64,000 nt of DNA, taken from an uncultured Verrucomicrobiae bacterium. GTDB lineage: Bacteria > Verrucomicrobiota > Verrucomicrobiia > Limisphaerales > Palsa-1400. Every line of letters starts with the position of its first letter. Position 1 is the first letter of the stretch. The translations under genes were made by a program, and so were the position numbers. Positions 1 to 10,021 of this stretch are shown here, piece after piece. The DNA is taken from assembly GCA_963764165.1 (NCBI GenBank), contig CAVXRD010000002.1:3456001-3520000 (forward strand). The letters run 5' to 3'. The notes below the pieces were generated by a model. It saw nothing but the letters and a program-made list of their open reading frames with translations. It was not told the origin of the DNA and did not search any database.

Positions 1-1070
1 ACCAGCGTAAACAGCCCGAGGTAAACAATGTCGCCGCCGATGGAAAGCAGGCTGCTGTTTTTCAAAATCAATTGCTTGAATCCGTGAACCGCGTAAGTGA
101 ACGGGTCAATCGTGGTGATGACTTTCATCCAAGCAGGGAAGGCCTGGATCGGATACACTGCGCCGCTGGGGAAAAACAGCACGGTGTTCAAGACGCCGAA
201 AATCGCGCGCGGCACCAGCGGATCGCTCACCCGCACCATCAGCAGGAACATCAAGCTGATCAGCGCCATCGACGTCACGACGACCAGCGCCATCATGCGC
301 AAGAGGCGCAGCGGGTTCAACGGATCGGGAATTCCGGCGATGACGGAACCCAAAGTGACCAGCACAAAGCCCGTGAGAATTGCTTTGACAGCACCCGCCA
401 GATTGAAGCCGAGGATGAGTTCCAATTTGCGAATCGGCGTCACGAGATAGCCCTCATGCAATCCGCGGGCCTTGTCATCAATAAAAATAATGCCACCGCC
501 GATCATCGCCGAGACAAAGATCGCCAGCACGATGGTTCCTGGCAGCAAATATTGGATGTAAGGAACATAAGGATACACTTCCACCACCGACAGCGTGGCA
601 TTCGGGCTGAGCCTCTGGTCGATGCCTTTGTCATTGTAGGGAACTAGCATTTGCGTCAATGCGCCTTCCAGTGCGGAAGCGGCAAACTGATCCGTGTTAT
701 CTTCCACCAGCGCGATTTTCGGGTTCGTGCCAGAAAGAACTTTGCGCGAAAAATCCGGCGGAATGTTCAGCAGCCCGCTGATCTTGCCGACCTTCAAGTC
801 GTGCAGCGCAGTGGCCTGATCGTTGTAATACGTGCTCTGGAAAGTCTGCGCGTTGGCGGCCACGGCCTGCGCCATCTCGCGAACTTTAATGGCGGGCATG
901 CCGCGATCCTGGTCGAGGATGCCGACCTGCAAATTCTTCACCTTTCCGCCGAAGGCATAACCGAGCACGATCAATTGCACGAGCGGCATGACCATCGAGA
1001 CAATAATAAGCGTTGGACTGCGGCGAAATCGCCGCAGATCGCGCTCGATGATGGCCCAAATGCGGTTCAT
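1..1070 (-). CDS. ABC-2 type transporter permease (3' end runs off the window)
   Basis: Manual translation from ATG at 1070: MNRIWAIIERDLRRFRRSPTLIIVSMVMPLVQLIVLGYAFGG...; TGATG overlap with the upstream ABC ATPase. Confidence 0.85.
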   Translation of the reverse strand, partial: MNRIWAIIERDLRRFRRSPTLIIVSMVMPLVQLIVLGYAFGGKVKNLQVGILDQDRGMPAIKVREMAQAVAANAQTFQSTYYNDQATALHDLKVGKISGLLNIPPDFSRKVLSGTNPKIALVEDNTDQFAASALEGALTQMLVPYNDKGIDQRLSPNATLSVVEVYPYVPYIQYLLPGTIVLAIFVSAMIGGGIIFIDDKARGLHEGYLVTPIRKLELILGFNLAGAVKAILTGFVLVTLGSVIAGIPDPLNPLRLLRMMALVVVTSMALISLMFLLMVRVSDPLVPRAIFGVLNTVLFFPSGAVYPIQAFPAWMKVITTIDPFTYAVHGFKQLILKNSSLLSIGGDIVYLGLFTL

Positions 1071-2062
1071 CAGTTCTTGGCCTCGTACATGAATTCCGTG
1101 TTGTAGCCTGCCGACTCCTTCAATGAATCGCGCAACTGATGCCCGGTATAGTGGGCAAAAACGTCGTCCAGAGTCGTGCTCTGAAGAGAAAGCGATGTGA
1201 CGGAGATCCCGGCGTTTCGGGCCGCTTCCAGCAGCGCCGCCATCGTGGCCGGCCCGTTGTGCGATGAGATGCGGAACACCGTGTCCACCGACTTGACCTC
1301 CACGACGAACGGCAGTTTCCTAATAGTTTCCTCCCAACCCGGCGGCACGCGCGAAAATCCGCCCTCCAACACGTTTTTTCCCGGTATCGACGCCTTCAAT
1401 TTCAGCGGCGAATCCAGCGCCATCATTTTGCCGTGATCGACAATCGCGATGCGGTCGCACAATTTGTCCGCTTCATCCATGTAATGCGTTGTCACTAAAA
1501 TAGTCAGATCGCGCTCGCTCTTCAACCGGCTCAGCATTTCCCAAACCGCCACGCGCGAAACCGGGTCGAGGCCGGTCGTGGGCTCGTCGAGCACGAATAA
1601 TTTCGGCTCATGGACGAGGCCGCGGGCGATTTCCAGCCGCCGCCGCATGCCGCCGGAAAACATCTTTACCGGCTTGTCTGCCCATTGCACCAAATCCACC
1701 GCCTTCAACAAATCAGCGATGGTCTGCTTCCGCTTTTCGCGGCCGATGCCGTAAAGCTTGGCGAAAATGATCATGTTCTCCGTCGCGCTCAAGTCCAGGT
1801 CCGACGTCATCGCCTGCGGGATGACGCCGATGCACTGCCGCACTTCGTTCGCCTGCGTGACTACGTCGAAGCCGTTGATGGTCGCCGTTCCTTCCGTCGG
1901 CGGGACGAGCGTCGTCAACATCCGAATGAGCGTTGATTTCCCCGCCCCATTGGGTCCAAGCAAGCCAAAAATTTCGCCCTGCTGGACCTGGAAATTCAAA
2001 TGATCCACGGCCGTGAAATTGCCAAAACGCTTGGCGAGATTTTTGACATCAATGGCTAGCAT
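1070..2062 (-). CDS. ABC transporter ATP-binding protein (DrrA-like)
   Basis: Walker A GPNGAGKS, signature FSGGM, Walker B FVLDEPT. Confidence 0.93.
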   Translation of the reverse strand: MLAIDVKNLAKRFGNFTAVDHLNFQVQQGEIFGLLGPNGAGKSTLIRMLTTLVPPTEGTATINGFDVVTQANEVRQCIGVIPQAMTSDLDLSATENMIIFAKLYGIGREKRKQTIADLLKAVDLVQWADKPVKMFSGGMRRRLEIARGLVHEPKLFVLDEPTTGLDPVSRVAVWEMLSRLKSERDLTILVTTHYMDEADKLCDRIAIVDHGKMMALDSPLKLKASIPGKNVLEGGFSRVPPGWEETIRKLPFVVEVKSVDTVFRISSHNGPATMAALLEAARNAGISVTSLSLQSTTLDDVFAHYTGHQLRDSLKESAGYNTEFMYEAKN

Positions 2063-2074
2063 GGAGTCTTGCGC

Positions 2075-3127
2075 TTACTTCGGCGACTGCGGCTTGAGAT
2101 CCACGTAAGCCGTCATGCCCACGGCCAGCCCGCCATCGGCATTGTCGCAGCGCAGGCGAATTTCGAACGTCTTGATGTCCCGTTTGCTGCGGCTGACATC
2201 GCGCTGGGTGGCGTAATCCGCATCTTTGCCGCGATAGAATACGGTGCCGGTCCTGCTCCAACCGCCCGGAAGTGTGACTTGCAATTGATCCCCGTCGTGA
2301 ATCCCGCTGATATATGTTTCTTCCACGTCGGCCCGAATCCACAATTGGTTCGGATCAATCAGCGTGACGATGCCCTGCCCGGGATTCACGACTTCGCCCT
2401 GCAAGGCCGCGCGAACATCCACAAAACCCGAAATGGGCGCGCGAATCTGCGTGTAATCCAATTGCACCTGGGCGCGATCCGATTGGGCGGACATCGCCGC
2501 CTGCTGCTCGCGGCTGGCATCGAGCGCGGCGCGCCGGGCAGCAATTTGGCCGCTGGTCGATTTCGCCAGCGCCACCGCCGCTTCCGCCGCTTTCACCTGA
2601 TGCTGCAGACTCGCCACTCGCGCCTTGGCGCCGTCCAAAGCCGTCCGCGCGGCGTCGAATTCACTGGGCGAATTGACGCCCTGTTTGTTGAGTTCCTGTT
2701 GACGCTTGTAGGTCAATTCCACATTCTCCGCATCCGCCTGCGCCTGGGCCACCTGATCTTTGGCCGCCGAAAGATTTGCTTCGCTTTGCGCGATCAAATT
2801 GCTCGATTGCGATTCCTGGTATTCCAGGTCAGCCGCTGCTTGCGCCACCTGGGCGGCGGATTGCTGGACGGATTTGGTGTAAAAATTGAGGGCAGCCTTC
2901 AATTCCTGCGGCTGAATCACCGCCAGCAGTTGGCCGTTGGTCACCTTGTCGCCCTGCTGCACCAGCAGCTTCTCGATGCGACCCTGGATTTCCGAAGCCA
3001 CAATGACTTCATCGGTGGTGACGATGCCGGTTAAAGTGATCGAACGGTGGCGTGTGACCTCGAAATAATAAAGGCCCGCCGCGGCAATCGCGATTATCAA
3101 CAATAGGATTCGAATACTGCTCTTCAT
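2075..3127 (-). CDS. HlyD-family efflux membrane fusion protein
   Basis: N-terminal TM, lipoyl half-motifs (VQQGDKV, IRAPISG), coiled coil; operon with ABC genes. Confidence 0.9.
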   Translation of the reverse strand: MKSSIRILLLIIAIAAAGLYYFEVTRHRSITLTGIVTTDEVIVASEIQGRIEKLLVQQGDKVTNGQLLAVIQPQELKAALNFYTKSVQQSAAQVAQAAADLEYQESQSSNLIAQSEANLSAAKDQVAQAQADAENVELTYKRQQELNKQGVNSPSEFDAARTALDGAKARVASLQHQVKAAEAAVALAKSTSGQIAARRAALDASREQQAAMSAQSDRAQVQLDYTQIRAPISGFVDVRAALQGEVVNPGQGIVTLIDPNQLWIRADVEETYISGIHDGDQLQVTLPGGWSRTGTVFYRGKDADYATQRDVSRSKRDIKTFEIRLRCDNADGGLAVGMTAYVDLKPQSPK

Positions 3128-3225
3128 TTTTCAGCGGCAGGCAGATTGGCGGCTCCGCCCAAACGAGGCAAGCCATTCTGCGGGTTCAGAATGTGAATTT
3201 CGCGGCAACAGCCAAGCAGGAAATA

Positions 3226-3362
3226 GCCACAGATTCACACAGATCAACACAGATTTTGGAAAAGCGATTTGTATTCCAAGCGTCTGCAAGTGGCGTTCGC
3301 TCTGACCGTTTCCTGTTTGCCAGCGCAATTCTTATCTGTGTTGATCTGTGTCCGTCTGTGGC
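3226..3362. repeat. 137-bp MITE-like element with triple CACAGAT-type terminal inverted repeats (copy 1)
   Basis: GCCACAGATTCACACAGATCAACACAGAT...ATCTGTGTTGATCTGTGTCCGTCTGTGGC; homologous in inverted orientation to 59041-59177. Confidence 0.8.
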
Positions 3363-3422
3363 TTCCCTGCCATTCCGGCGTTCTTGCGCCGAGCCCGTTG
3401 CTGGGCTTAGCATTGATCTTCC

Positions 3423-4733
3423 ATGAATGTTCGTGTTCGTTTTGCTCCGAGTCCGACCGGCATGCTGCACATTGGCGGCGCCCGGACGGCGTTGTTCAAT
3501 TGGCTTTACGCCCGCCACACTGGCGGGACGTTCATCCTGCGCATCGAGGATACCGACACCGCCCGCAACACCCAGGAAGCCACCGATGTCATCTTGAGCG
3601 GATTGCGCTGGCTCGGACTCGATTGGGACGAAGGCCCCGGCAAGGGGGATTTCGGCCCGTATTTTCAATCGCAGCGCAACGACATTTACCGCAAGCGCGT
3701 CCAGGAATTGAAGGACAAGGGGATGGCTTACGATCACGAAGGCGCGGTGAAATTCAAGATGCAGCGCGAGCCGATCGTCATGGAGGACATAATCGTTGGC
3801 AACGTCGTGCGCGAATTGACCGACCGCGAACAGGCCGATCCCGATTTCGTCATCGTCCGCTCCGACGGCCAGCCGGTGTTTCACTTTGTCAACGTGATCG
3901 ACGATTTGGAAATGAAGATCACCCACGTCATTCGCGGCGAAGATCACCTTTCCAACACCGCCAAACACATCGCGCTCTTCCGCGCCTTCGGCGTCGAGCC
4001 GCCGCGTTACGGGCACATCCCGCTCATCCTCAATCCCGACGGCGCCAAGATGAGCAAACGCGACAAGGGCGCTTCGCTGCAAACTTACATCGACGAAGGC
4101 TGCGTTCCCGAGGCGGTCGTGAATTATCTGTGCCTCCTCGGCTGGTCGCCCAAGGAAAATCGCGAGAAAATCAGCGTGCAGGATGTCATTAAGATTTTCG
4201 ACCTGCCGCAAATTCTCCGGCACAACGCCCGTTTCGACATCGGCAAACTCGAATGGCTCAACGGCGAATATTTGCGCGAGTTGAATCCAGATCGTTTCCG
4301 CGAACTCGGCATTGCCGCGCTCAAACGCGCCGGCTGCAATCTCGGCGCTTATCCCGAGCGCTACGTCGCCGCCGCCCTCGCCACCTGCCACGGAAAAATC
4401 AAACGCTTTGGCGATCTTGCCGCGTATGCCGGCTTTTATTTCAGCGAGGAAGTGAAAATCGACCCAGCCGCCGCCGCAGAATTCACACCCGAAGCCAAAG
4501 CGCGCCTGAAAAAGTTGCGTGATGCCTTGATTCCGCTCGACAATTTTGTCGCCGCCGAAATCGAGAAAACGTTGAAATCCGTCGCGGCGGAATTGGGCGC
4601 AAAAGTCGGCCTGCTGGTCCATCCGACGCGGCTCGCCTGCACGGGCGCGACTTCTGGCCCCAGCCTTTACCATTTGATGGAAATTCTGGGCAAAGCAAAA
4701 GTTCTGGCGCGATTGGAAGCTCAGGCGGCGTAG
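3423..4733 (+). CDS. gltX: Glutamate--tRNA ligase
   Basis: RFAPSPTGMLHIGG (HIGH), KMSKR, RIEDTD and RGEDH motifs. Confidence 0.96.
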   Translation: MNVRVRFAPSPTGMLHIGGARTALFNWLYARHTGGTFILRIEDTDTARNTQEATDVILSGLRWLGLDWDEGPGKGDFGPYFQSQRNDIYRKRVQELKDKGMAYDHEGAVKFKMQREPIVMEDIIVGNVVRELTDREQADPDFVIVRSDGQPVFHFVNVIDDLEMKITHVIRGEDHLSNTAKHIALFRAFGVEPPRYGHIPLILNPDGAKMSKRDKGASLQTYIDEGCVPEAVVNYLCLLGWSPKENREKISVQDVIKIFDLPQILRHNARFDIGKLEWLNGEYLRELNPDRFRELGIAALKRAGCNLGAYPERYVAAALATCHGKIKRFGDLAAYAGFYFSEEVKIDPAAAAEFTPEAKARLKKLRDALIPLDNFVAAEIEKTLKSVAAELGAKVGLLVHPTRLACTGATSGPSLYHLMEILGKAKVLARLEAQAA

Positions 4734-4806
4734 CAATTGTTGAGCACAAAACCCGCGCGGCCTTTTCCTTCTTTACGCCGCATTTCTGCCAGCTATCTAC
4801 TTAGCC

Positions 4807-6585
4807 ATGAAAATTTCGACTCTGCTTCGCCCGATGGCATTAGCGCTAGCGCCGCTGCTTTTGTCCGCCTTCCCCATTTTTGCGCAGGCCGACTCTGACT
4901 CTACCGCTAATCCTTACGCTCACGAAACTCCCGCCCAGCACGATGCCCGGATGAAATGGTGGCGCGAGGCGCGCTTCGGGATGTTCATCCACTGGGGCGT
5001 TTATTCGGTGCCGGCCGGAACTTACGACGGAAAGAAGATCCCCGACATTGGCGAATGGATCATGAACCACGCGAAAATTCCCGTCGCGCGCTACACCAAT
5101 TACGCCAAGGAATTCAATCCCACCAAATTTGACGCTGATCGCTGGGTCGAGCTGGCCAAGTCCGCCGGCATGAAATACATCATCATCACCGCCAAGCATC
5201 ACGATGGCTTTGCCATGTTCAATTCCAAGGCCAGCGATTGGAATATCGTGAAGGCGACGCCTTACGCGCACGATCCGCTGGTCGATCTGGCTTCAGCGTG
5301 CAAGCGGCATGGCATGCGGTTTGGCCTTTATTATTCGCAAGCGCAGGATTGGGTGAACCCAGGCGGCGCGGTGGCGGGCGGACGCTGGGATACAGCACAG
5401 GATGGGAGCATGGATGATTACATCCGCAAGATTTGCGTGCCGCAAATGAAGGAGATTCTGTCCCATTACGGAAAGATCTCCGTTCTTTGGTTTGACACGC
5501 CGTTCGACATGAATCGCGAGCGCGCCGAGGAAGTCCTGGCCACGCTGAAATTGCAGCCGGGCATCATTTTCAATGATCGCCTCGGCGGCGGATTCAAGGG
5601 CGACACGCAAACGCCCGAGCAGCGCATTCCCGCCACCGGCTATCCCGGGCGCGATTGGGAAACGTGCATGACCATGAACGACACGTGGGGCTACAAAAGC
5701 TACGACGACCATTGGAAAAGCACGGAGACGCTGTTGCGCAATTTGATTGACATCGCCAGCAAGGGCGGCAACTACCTGTTGAATGTCGGCCCCACTTCGG
5801 GAGGGCTTATTCCCGAGGCGTCGGTGGAGCGCTTGCAAGCGGTCGGAAAATGGATGCATGTGAATGGCGTCGGCATTTACGACACGACCGCCAGCCCGTT
5901 CAAGCATCTGGCATGGGGGCGCTGCACCAAGCAACTCACGGCCAAAGGGGCCACGCTTTACTTGCATGTCTTCAATTGGCCGCAGGACGGCAAACTGGTG
6001 GTGCCGGGTTTGCGCAACCAGGTGGCCGCGAGTTATATGTTGACCAGCTCTGGCGGCAAGAAATTGGCAACGGCTTCCAGTGCCGAGGGCGTCGTGGTTT
6101 TGCTGCCCAGCCAGGCTCCGGATCCGATTTCCTCGACGGTTGTGCTGAAGGTCGGCGGGCCGTTGGATATTGAGGCGCAGTTGCTTTCGCAGGGACAGGA
6201 TTTGTCGCTGACCCTTCCAGCCAGCGAAGCGGAGTTGCACGGCAGCGATATTCAGGTCGAGTCGCAGGATGGCCATGACGACATCGGCTATTGGACGAAC
6301 CCGGGCGATTGGGCGGAATGGCAATTCAATTGGAAGCAACCCGGCAAGTATGTCGTGAGCGCCGAGGTTTCATCCGAGGGCGGTGCCAATGTTAATTTAT
6401 CGCTCGGCGAATTAAAAGTTCACTGCACCATTCCCGACACGGGAGATTACCACAAATATCAGAAAGTCCAGTTTGGCGTCTTCCTCATTGAAAAAGCAGG
6501 CCGACTGACGCTGACCATGAATGCCGTCGGCAACAACTGGCACCCCGTCAATGTTCGCTCCATCCAGTTGACCTCCAACAATTGA
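4807..6585 (+). CDS. Secreted alpha-L-fucosidase (GH29) with C-terminal beta-sandwich/CBM-like domain
   Basis: Signal peptide; WWREARFGMFIHWG, TAKHHDGF, LWFD, WETCMTMNDTWGY, GGNYLLNVGP. Confidence 0.92.
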   Translation: MKISTLLRPMALALAPLLLSAFPIFAQADSDSTANPYAHETPAQHDARMKWWREARFGMFIHWGVYSVPAGTYDGKKIPDIGEWIMNHAKIPVARYTNYAKEFNPTKFDADRWVELAKSAGMKYIIITAKHHDGFAMFNSKASDWNIVKATPYAHDPLVDLASACKRHGMRFGLYYSQAQDWVNPGGAVAGGRWDTAQDGSMDDYIRKICVPQMKEILSHYGKISVLWFDTPFDMNRERAEEVLATLKLQPGIIFNDRLGGGFKGDTQTPEQRIPATGYPGRDWETCMTMNDTWGYKSYDDHWKSTETLLRNLIDIASKGGNYLLNVGPTSGGLIPEASVERLQAVGKWMHVNGVGIYDTTASPFKHLAWGRCTKQLTAKGATLYLHVFNWPQDGKLVVPGLRNQVAASYMLTSSGGKKLATASSAEGVVVLLPSQAPDPISSTVVLKVGGPLDIEAQLLSQGQDLSLTLPASEAELHGSDIQVESQDGHDDIGYWTNPGDWAEWQFNWKQPGKYVVSAEVSSEGGANVNLSLGELKVHCTIPDTGDYHKYQKVQFGVFLIEKAGRLTLTMNAVGNNWHPVNVRSIQLTSNN

Positions 6586-6715
6586 TTGAGGATATCCACG
6601 GCGTCCTGCCTGAAAGGCAGGGGCATCTCGCCAAAGGGCACCCGGCCAAGAAACGCGACGGCAGCGCGCATCGGATCGATCGATGGAAAGTGAACACGCC
6701 TCATGTTTCGGAGTT

Positions 6716-7219
6716 TCATTCGTCCAGCGAGCGGAACATCACATGCGCGTCCACAAAACCGAGTTGCGCATGGCGGAATACTCCCGGCAGTGTCCCGATG
6801 ATGCGGAAACCAAGCTCCTGCCATAGATGAACCGCGGGCGCATTCGTCGCAACGACTATGTTGAATTGCATCGCGCGAAACCCCATTCTGCGCGCCTCCG
6901 CCAGGCAATGCTCGCCCATCCGCCGGCCAATCCCAAGGCCGCGGGCCTCGGGCGAAACAATAAAACCCGCATTGGCCACATGACTTCCAAGTCCCGGCTG
7001 GTTCGCTCGGATAAAATAGCTTCCGGCTATTTGCGCGTTGATTTCAGCAACATAAGCATGCGTGTCCGCCCGAAACCAAAACGCAAGCCCGTCTTCGCGC
7101 GACATCGCGGGATCAAACGCCAGCGTATCGCCGGGCTTGATGACGGCATGAAATATCTTCCAGACACCGTCGTCGTCAGAGCGCGTTGCAGGGCGGATAT
7201 GAATTTTGGGATGGGCCAT
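6716..7219 (-). CDS. GNAT N-acetyltransferase
   Basis: VSPEARGLGIG acetyl-CoA motif; FNIVVATNAPAVHLW. Confidence 0.9.
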   Translation of the reverse strand: MAHPKIHIRPATRSDDDGVWKIFHAVIKPGDTLAFDPAMSREDGLAFWFRADTHAYVAEINAQIAGSYFIRANQPGLGSHVANAGFIVSPEARGLGIGRRMGEHCLAEARRMGFRAMQFNIVVATNAPAVHLWQELGFRIIGTLPGVFRHAQLGFVDAHVMFRSLDE

Positions 7220-7286
7220 TTACTGCTGCGTATCGTAGCCGAACTCTCTCAATTTGCCGACCAATTCTCGAACTGTTCGACAATCT

Positions 7287-8849
7287 TCATTTTGGGATAA
7301 GGTTGGAACTCTTGGGCAGATAAATGGTGATCCCGCAAACCTCATTCGTTTTCCGGTAATCCGCATGCACATAATCCAGAACAATCGGGGCAAATTGCGC
7401 CAATTGCGCCTCGTCGCCGATCAGCACGACGGCTGGCGGATCGCGCCTGGCTTCCGCAACCAGCGTTTGGAATTCTGCGGTCGATTGATCGCCCGGCCAG
7501 AGGTAATTCCAGCGGGTGGGATTGCGCCGCTCGCAGAGGAAATACAATAGAGGCTCGTATGACAAACAGAGAATAGATCGCTCCGGCGGCGCGTATTCCT
7601 GCACTTGTTTCACCAATTCGGCCACGTCCGCCGCGCCTTGGAACCGCACACCGGCCCGCGCCAGCGGCGCGTCCTGCTCCGGTCCTTTGTCACCCATGAA
7701 GACCACCCTTCCCCATGCCAAAAAACCGGCCAGAAGGGCTGTTGCCAGCACGGCAACCGGCACCCTCGCTGGCGCATAATCCAAAGCAGCGGCCAGCAGA
7801 CATGCGCTCAAAATAAAAAATGGAATTTGCGTAATGAGCAGATGGTAAATGTCCGATCGCCCCAGCACCTGGCAATAAAACAGCCCTGCCCATGTGAGGA
7901 TGAGAGTCATATTGGCCTCGCGCCAACCAAAAATTTGGCGGCGGTATTGCCGCCAGAGCCACAACGCGGCGAGGAGGCCCACCACGGGCGGCAGGTAGAA
8001 GAGGCTTACCGCGGCGTTCTGCGTCGCCGTGTATTTGACGTTGAAAAACGGCAGCGGAACGGAATTCGTTTTGACATAGGTCCTGAAAAAATAGAGAACC
8101 AATTGCTGGAACATCGCGGGAATGGCCCCCTCGCGCCACCAATAGATCGTCCAGGGCAGAAGCCCCGCGGCAATGCCAATCCCCCATCCGCCAAAGACGC
8201 GCGCGAATTTTTCCTTTGGAACGAGCGTGCCGCCAAGTTTCAGCGCCAGCGTGTAAGCCAAGATCGAGACTGCGATGTAGAAACCTTGATCGTGCCGGCA
8301 TAGCATGGCTGCCGCCGTCATCAAGCCCGCCAAACCCCCGCAAAAACCGGAACCGCCGCGTGTCGCGCGCAAATACAGAAACACCGCGGCCGCCGAGGCC
8401 GTGGCGCCCTGCCAAGGGGCGAAGGGAACGAAGTTAAAAAAGGGAATGCCTAAAACGGCAGCCGGCAGGGCGGCCGCAAGGGAGAGCAGCGGGCCCATCA
8501 TCGTCCGCGCAATGCCGAAAATCAGCAGCGGAATCGCGAGGTAAAGCGCGAAACCCAAGATCCGCAAAGACAACAGCGAGGTTCCCAATAATTTATACAT
8601 GACTGCCGCCGTGTAAAACGACAAGGGAGGCTGGAGGCTGATGAAATCGCGATTGGGCAATTGCCCCTGCGTGACGCGCTCGGCGCCGTAAGCCAGGATG
8701 CCCTCATCGGTCATGTCCAATCCAGAGCGAAGGCGACCGCATCCCAATGCTAAACAGAGAATCACCAGCAGCAGCGGAAAGCACCGATCCGCCATAGGTT
8801 CAAACCAGATTCTCGGTTGCTCTAAAGTTGGTGCGTCGGTGGAGTGCAT
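7287..8849 (-). CDS. Polytopic membrane protein, GT-C fold (ArnT/PMT-like) glycosyltransferase
   Basis: DEG motif after first TM, G-x-x-P-x-RDF, multiple TM segments, periplasmic C-terminal domain. Confidence 0.65.
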   Translation of the reverse strand: MHSTDAPTLEQPRIWFEPMADRCFPLLLVILCLALGCGRLRSGLDMTDEGILAYGAERVTQGQLPNRDFISLQPPLSFYTAAVMYKLLGTSLLSLRILGFALYLAIPLLIFGIARTMMGPLLSLAAALPAAVLGIPFFNFVPFAPWQGATASAAAVFLYLRATRGGSGFCGGLAGLMTAAAMLCRHDQGFYIAVSILAYTLALKLGGTLVPKEKFARVFGGWGIGIAAGLLPWTIYWWREGAIPAMFQQLVLYFFRTYVKTNSVPLPFFNVKYTATQNAAVSLFYLPPVVGLLAALWLWRQYRRQIFGWREANMTLILTWAGLFYCQVLGRSDIYHLLITQIPFFILSACLLAAALDYAPARVPVAVLATALLAGFLAWGRVVFMGDKGPEQDAPLARAGVRFQGAADVAELVKQVQEYAPPERSILCLSYEPLLYFLCERRNPTRWNYLWPGDQSTAEFQTLVAEARRDPPAVVLIGDEAQLAQFAPIVLDYVHADYRKTNEVCGITIYLPKSSNLIPK

Positions 8850-8897
8850 TATGTTGGTCCCTATTTGACCGGGATTGGAAGTCAGCCGGCGACAGGC

Positions 8898-9278
8898 TCA
8901 AACGACATGCAGCGAGTCTTCGTCGATAAACAGATTTCGAGTTCGAAATGGGGCCGGGCTGCTGATGAGCAGATAATTTCGGATCGCAGTCCCCGGCGAT
9001 GCAAACCATGGTTCTGGAAGTTGCATGGGTGGCCAGGTCCAGGGGGGAGGTTCAGCATTCACTCGGACAGCCAGGTAAACGGCCAAAGCCTGCAAAAACG
9101 CATTTAATCGCGGCCCATCTGCGTGCCCATTCAAACTTGGCGGTTGCTCGATTAGCATCTCAATGCTGCCTCGATCATGGAACTCGTGGAGAAAGTCCTT
9201 AATTTCGTAACCTGGCGTTCCGCCGCCAAGAATGCGATAACCGACCTCACTTAATGTTTGGGGCCGCTGAAAGTTCAT
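8898..9278 (-). CDS. Hypothetical protein, partner of the DUF6036 nucleotidyltransferase (putative antitoxin)
   Basis: Overlaps the NTase 3' end; PW..P...EPWF...SPAPFRTRNLF motif; start placed at ATG 9278. Confidence 0.6.
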   Translation of the reverse strand: MNFQRPQTLSEVGYRILGGGTPGYEIKDFLHEFHDRGSIEMLIEQPPSLNGHADGPRLNAFLQALAVYLAVRVNAEPPPWTWPPMQLPEPWFASPGTAIRNYLLISSPAPFRTRNLFIDEDSLHVV

Positions 9279-9807
9279 TGCAAATTTCCTCGACGAAGTA
9301 TTGGGTTTTGGCTGGGATTCGTTTTTCTTCATAATACTTCCCGACGGTTGCGAGAACTGCGGTGCTGTCCGGAAGCCTAAGGCGCTGAATCAAAAACTTG
9401 GCGTCTGCCTTGTCGTGTTCATCCACACCCACCCGGGCGGAAATGCATTTCATCGCAAGTATATATTCCGCCGGTGGAGATACCACCCTGAGATGACTCA
9501 TCTTGAGCAACTCCTCGCTTTCAAATGATTGAGCGGACGCGAAGCCTTTTGCCCCATCGTTGAGCCATGACGCCGGGATTTTTTCCTGCTCAGCAACTCG
9601 TTGGACAGCGTCGCGGACACTCCTTGGCGTCACCAGCAAAGCGTCGATGTCCCGGGTGCTATTTCTGCTTCCAAAGCCCAACACCATTGCCGCTCCGCCA
9701 ACGATGCAGATTTCTCCCGTGACCTTCTCTTTTTGAAGTTCATCATTCAGCTTTTCCAGCAATGCCTGCAACTGCTCTCTGTTGAAGTGGGGCGCTTCGA
9801 TCTTCAT
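9247..9807 (-). CDS. DUF6036/AbiEii-like nucleotidyltransferase
   Basis: IVGGAAM...R.STRDID Pol-beta NTase motif, WLND, AMK...R...D..D. Confidence 0.8.
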   Translation of the reverse strand: MKIEAPHFNREQLQALLEKLNDELQKEKVTGEICIVGGAAMVLGFGSRNSTRDIDALLVTPRSVRDAVQRVAEQEKIPASWLNDGAKGFASAQSFESEELLKMSHLRVVSPPAEYILAMKCISARVGVDEHDKADAKFLIQRLRLPDSTAVLATVGKYYEEKRIPAKTQYFVEEICNELSAAPNIK

Positions 9808-10021
9808 CTGCCATGCAGCTTAAATCGTTTTGCGTCGTCCCACAACGAGCTTTTGCCCACCCAATGGAAAGGGGCCGAACCAAAATACCCGCATATTTCG
9901 GCTGAATCCGCTGTCAACCGAAATAGCCAAACAATGTGTCGCCGATGCCAAAACAGGCTGTCAAGCTATGATTGCCATGAGCTTGTTCATGCGGTGCGTG
10001 ATTCAAAGACAATGACGGGAG

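Noticed and set aside
3186..4736. Long antisense ORFs (516 aa opposite gltX; similar ones opposite dxr, the desulfurase, GH1 and GT)
   Set aside because: Shadow ORFs expected from high-GC codon bias; no recognisable motifs
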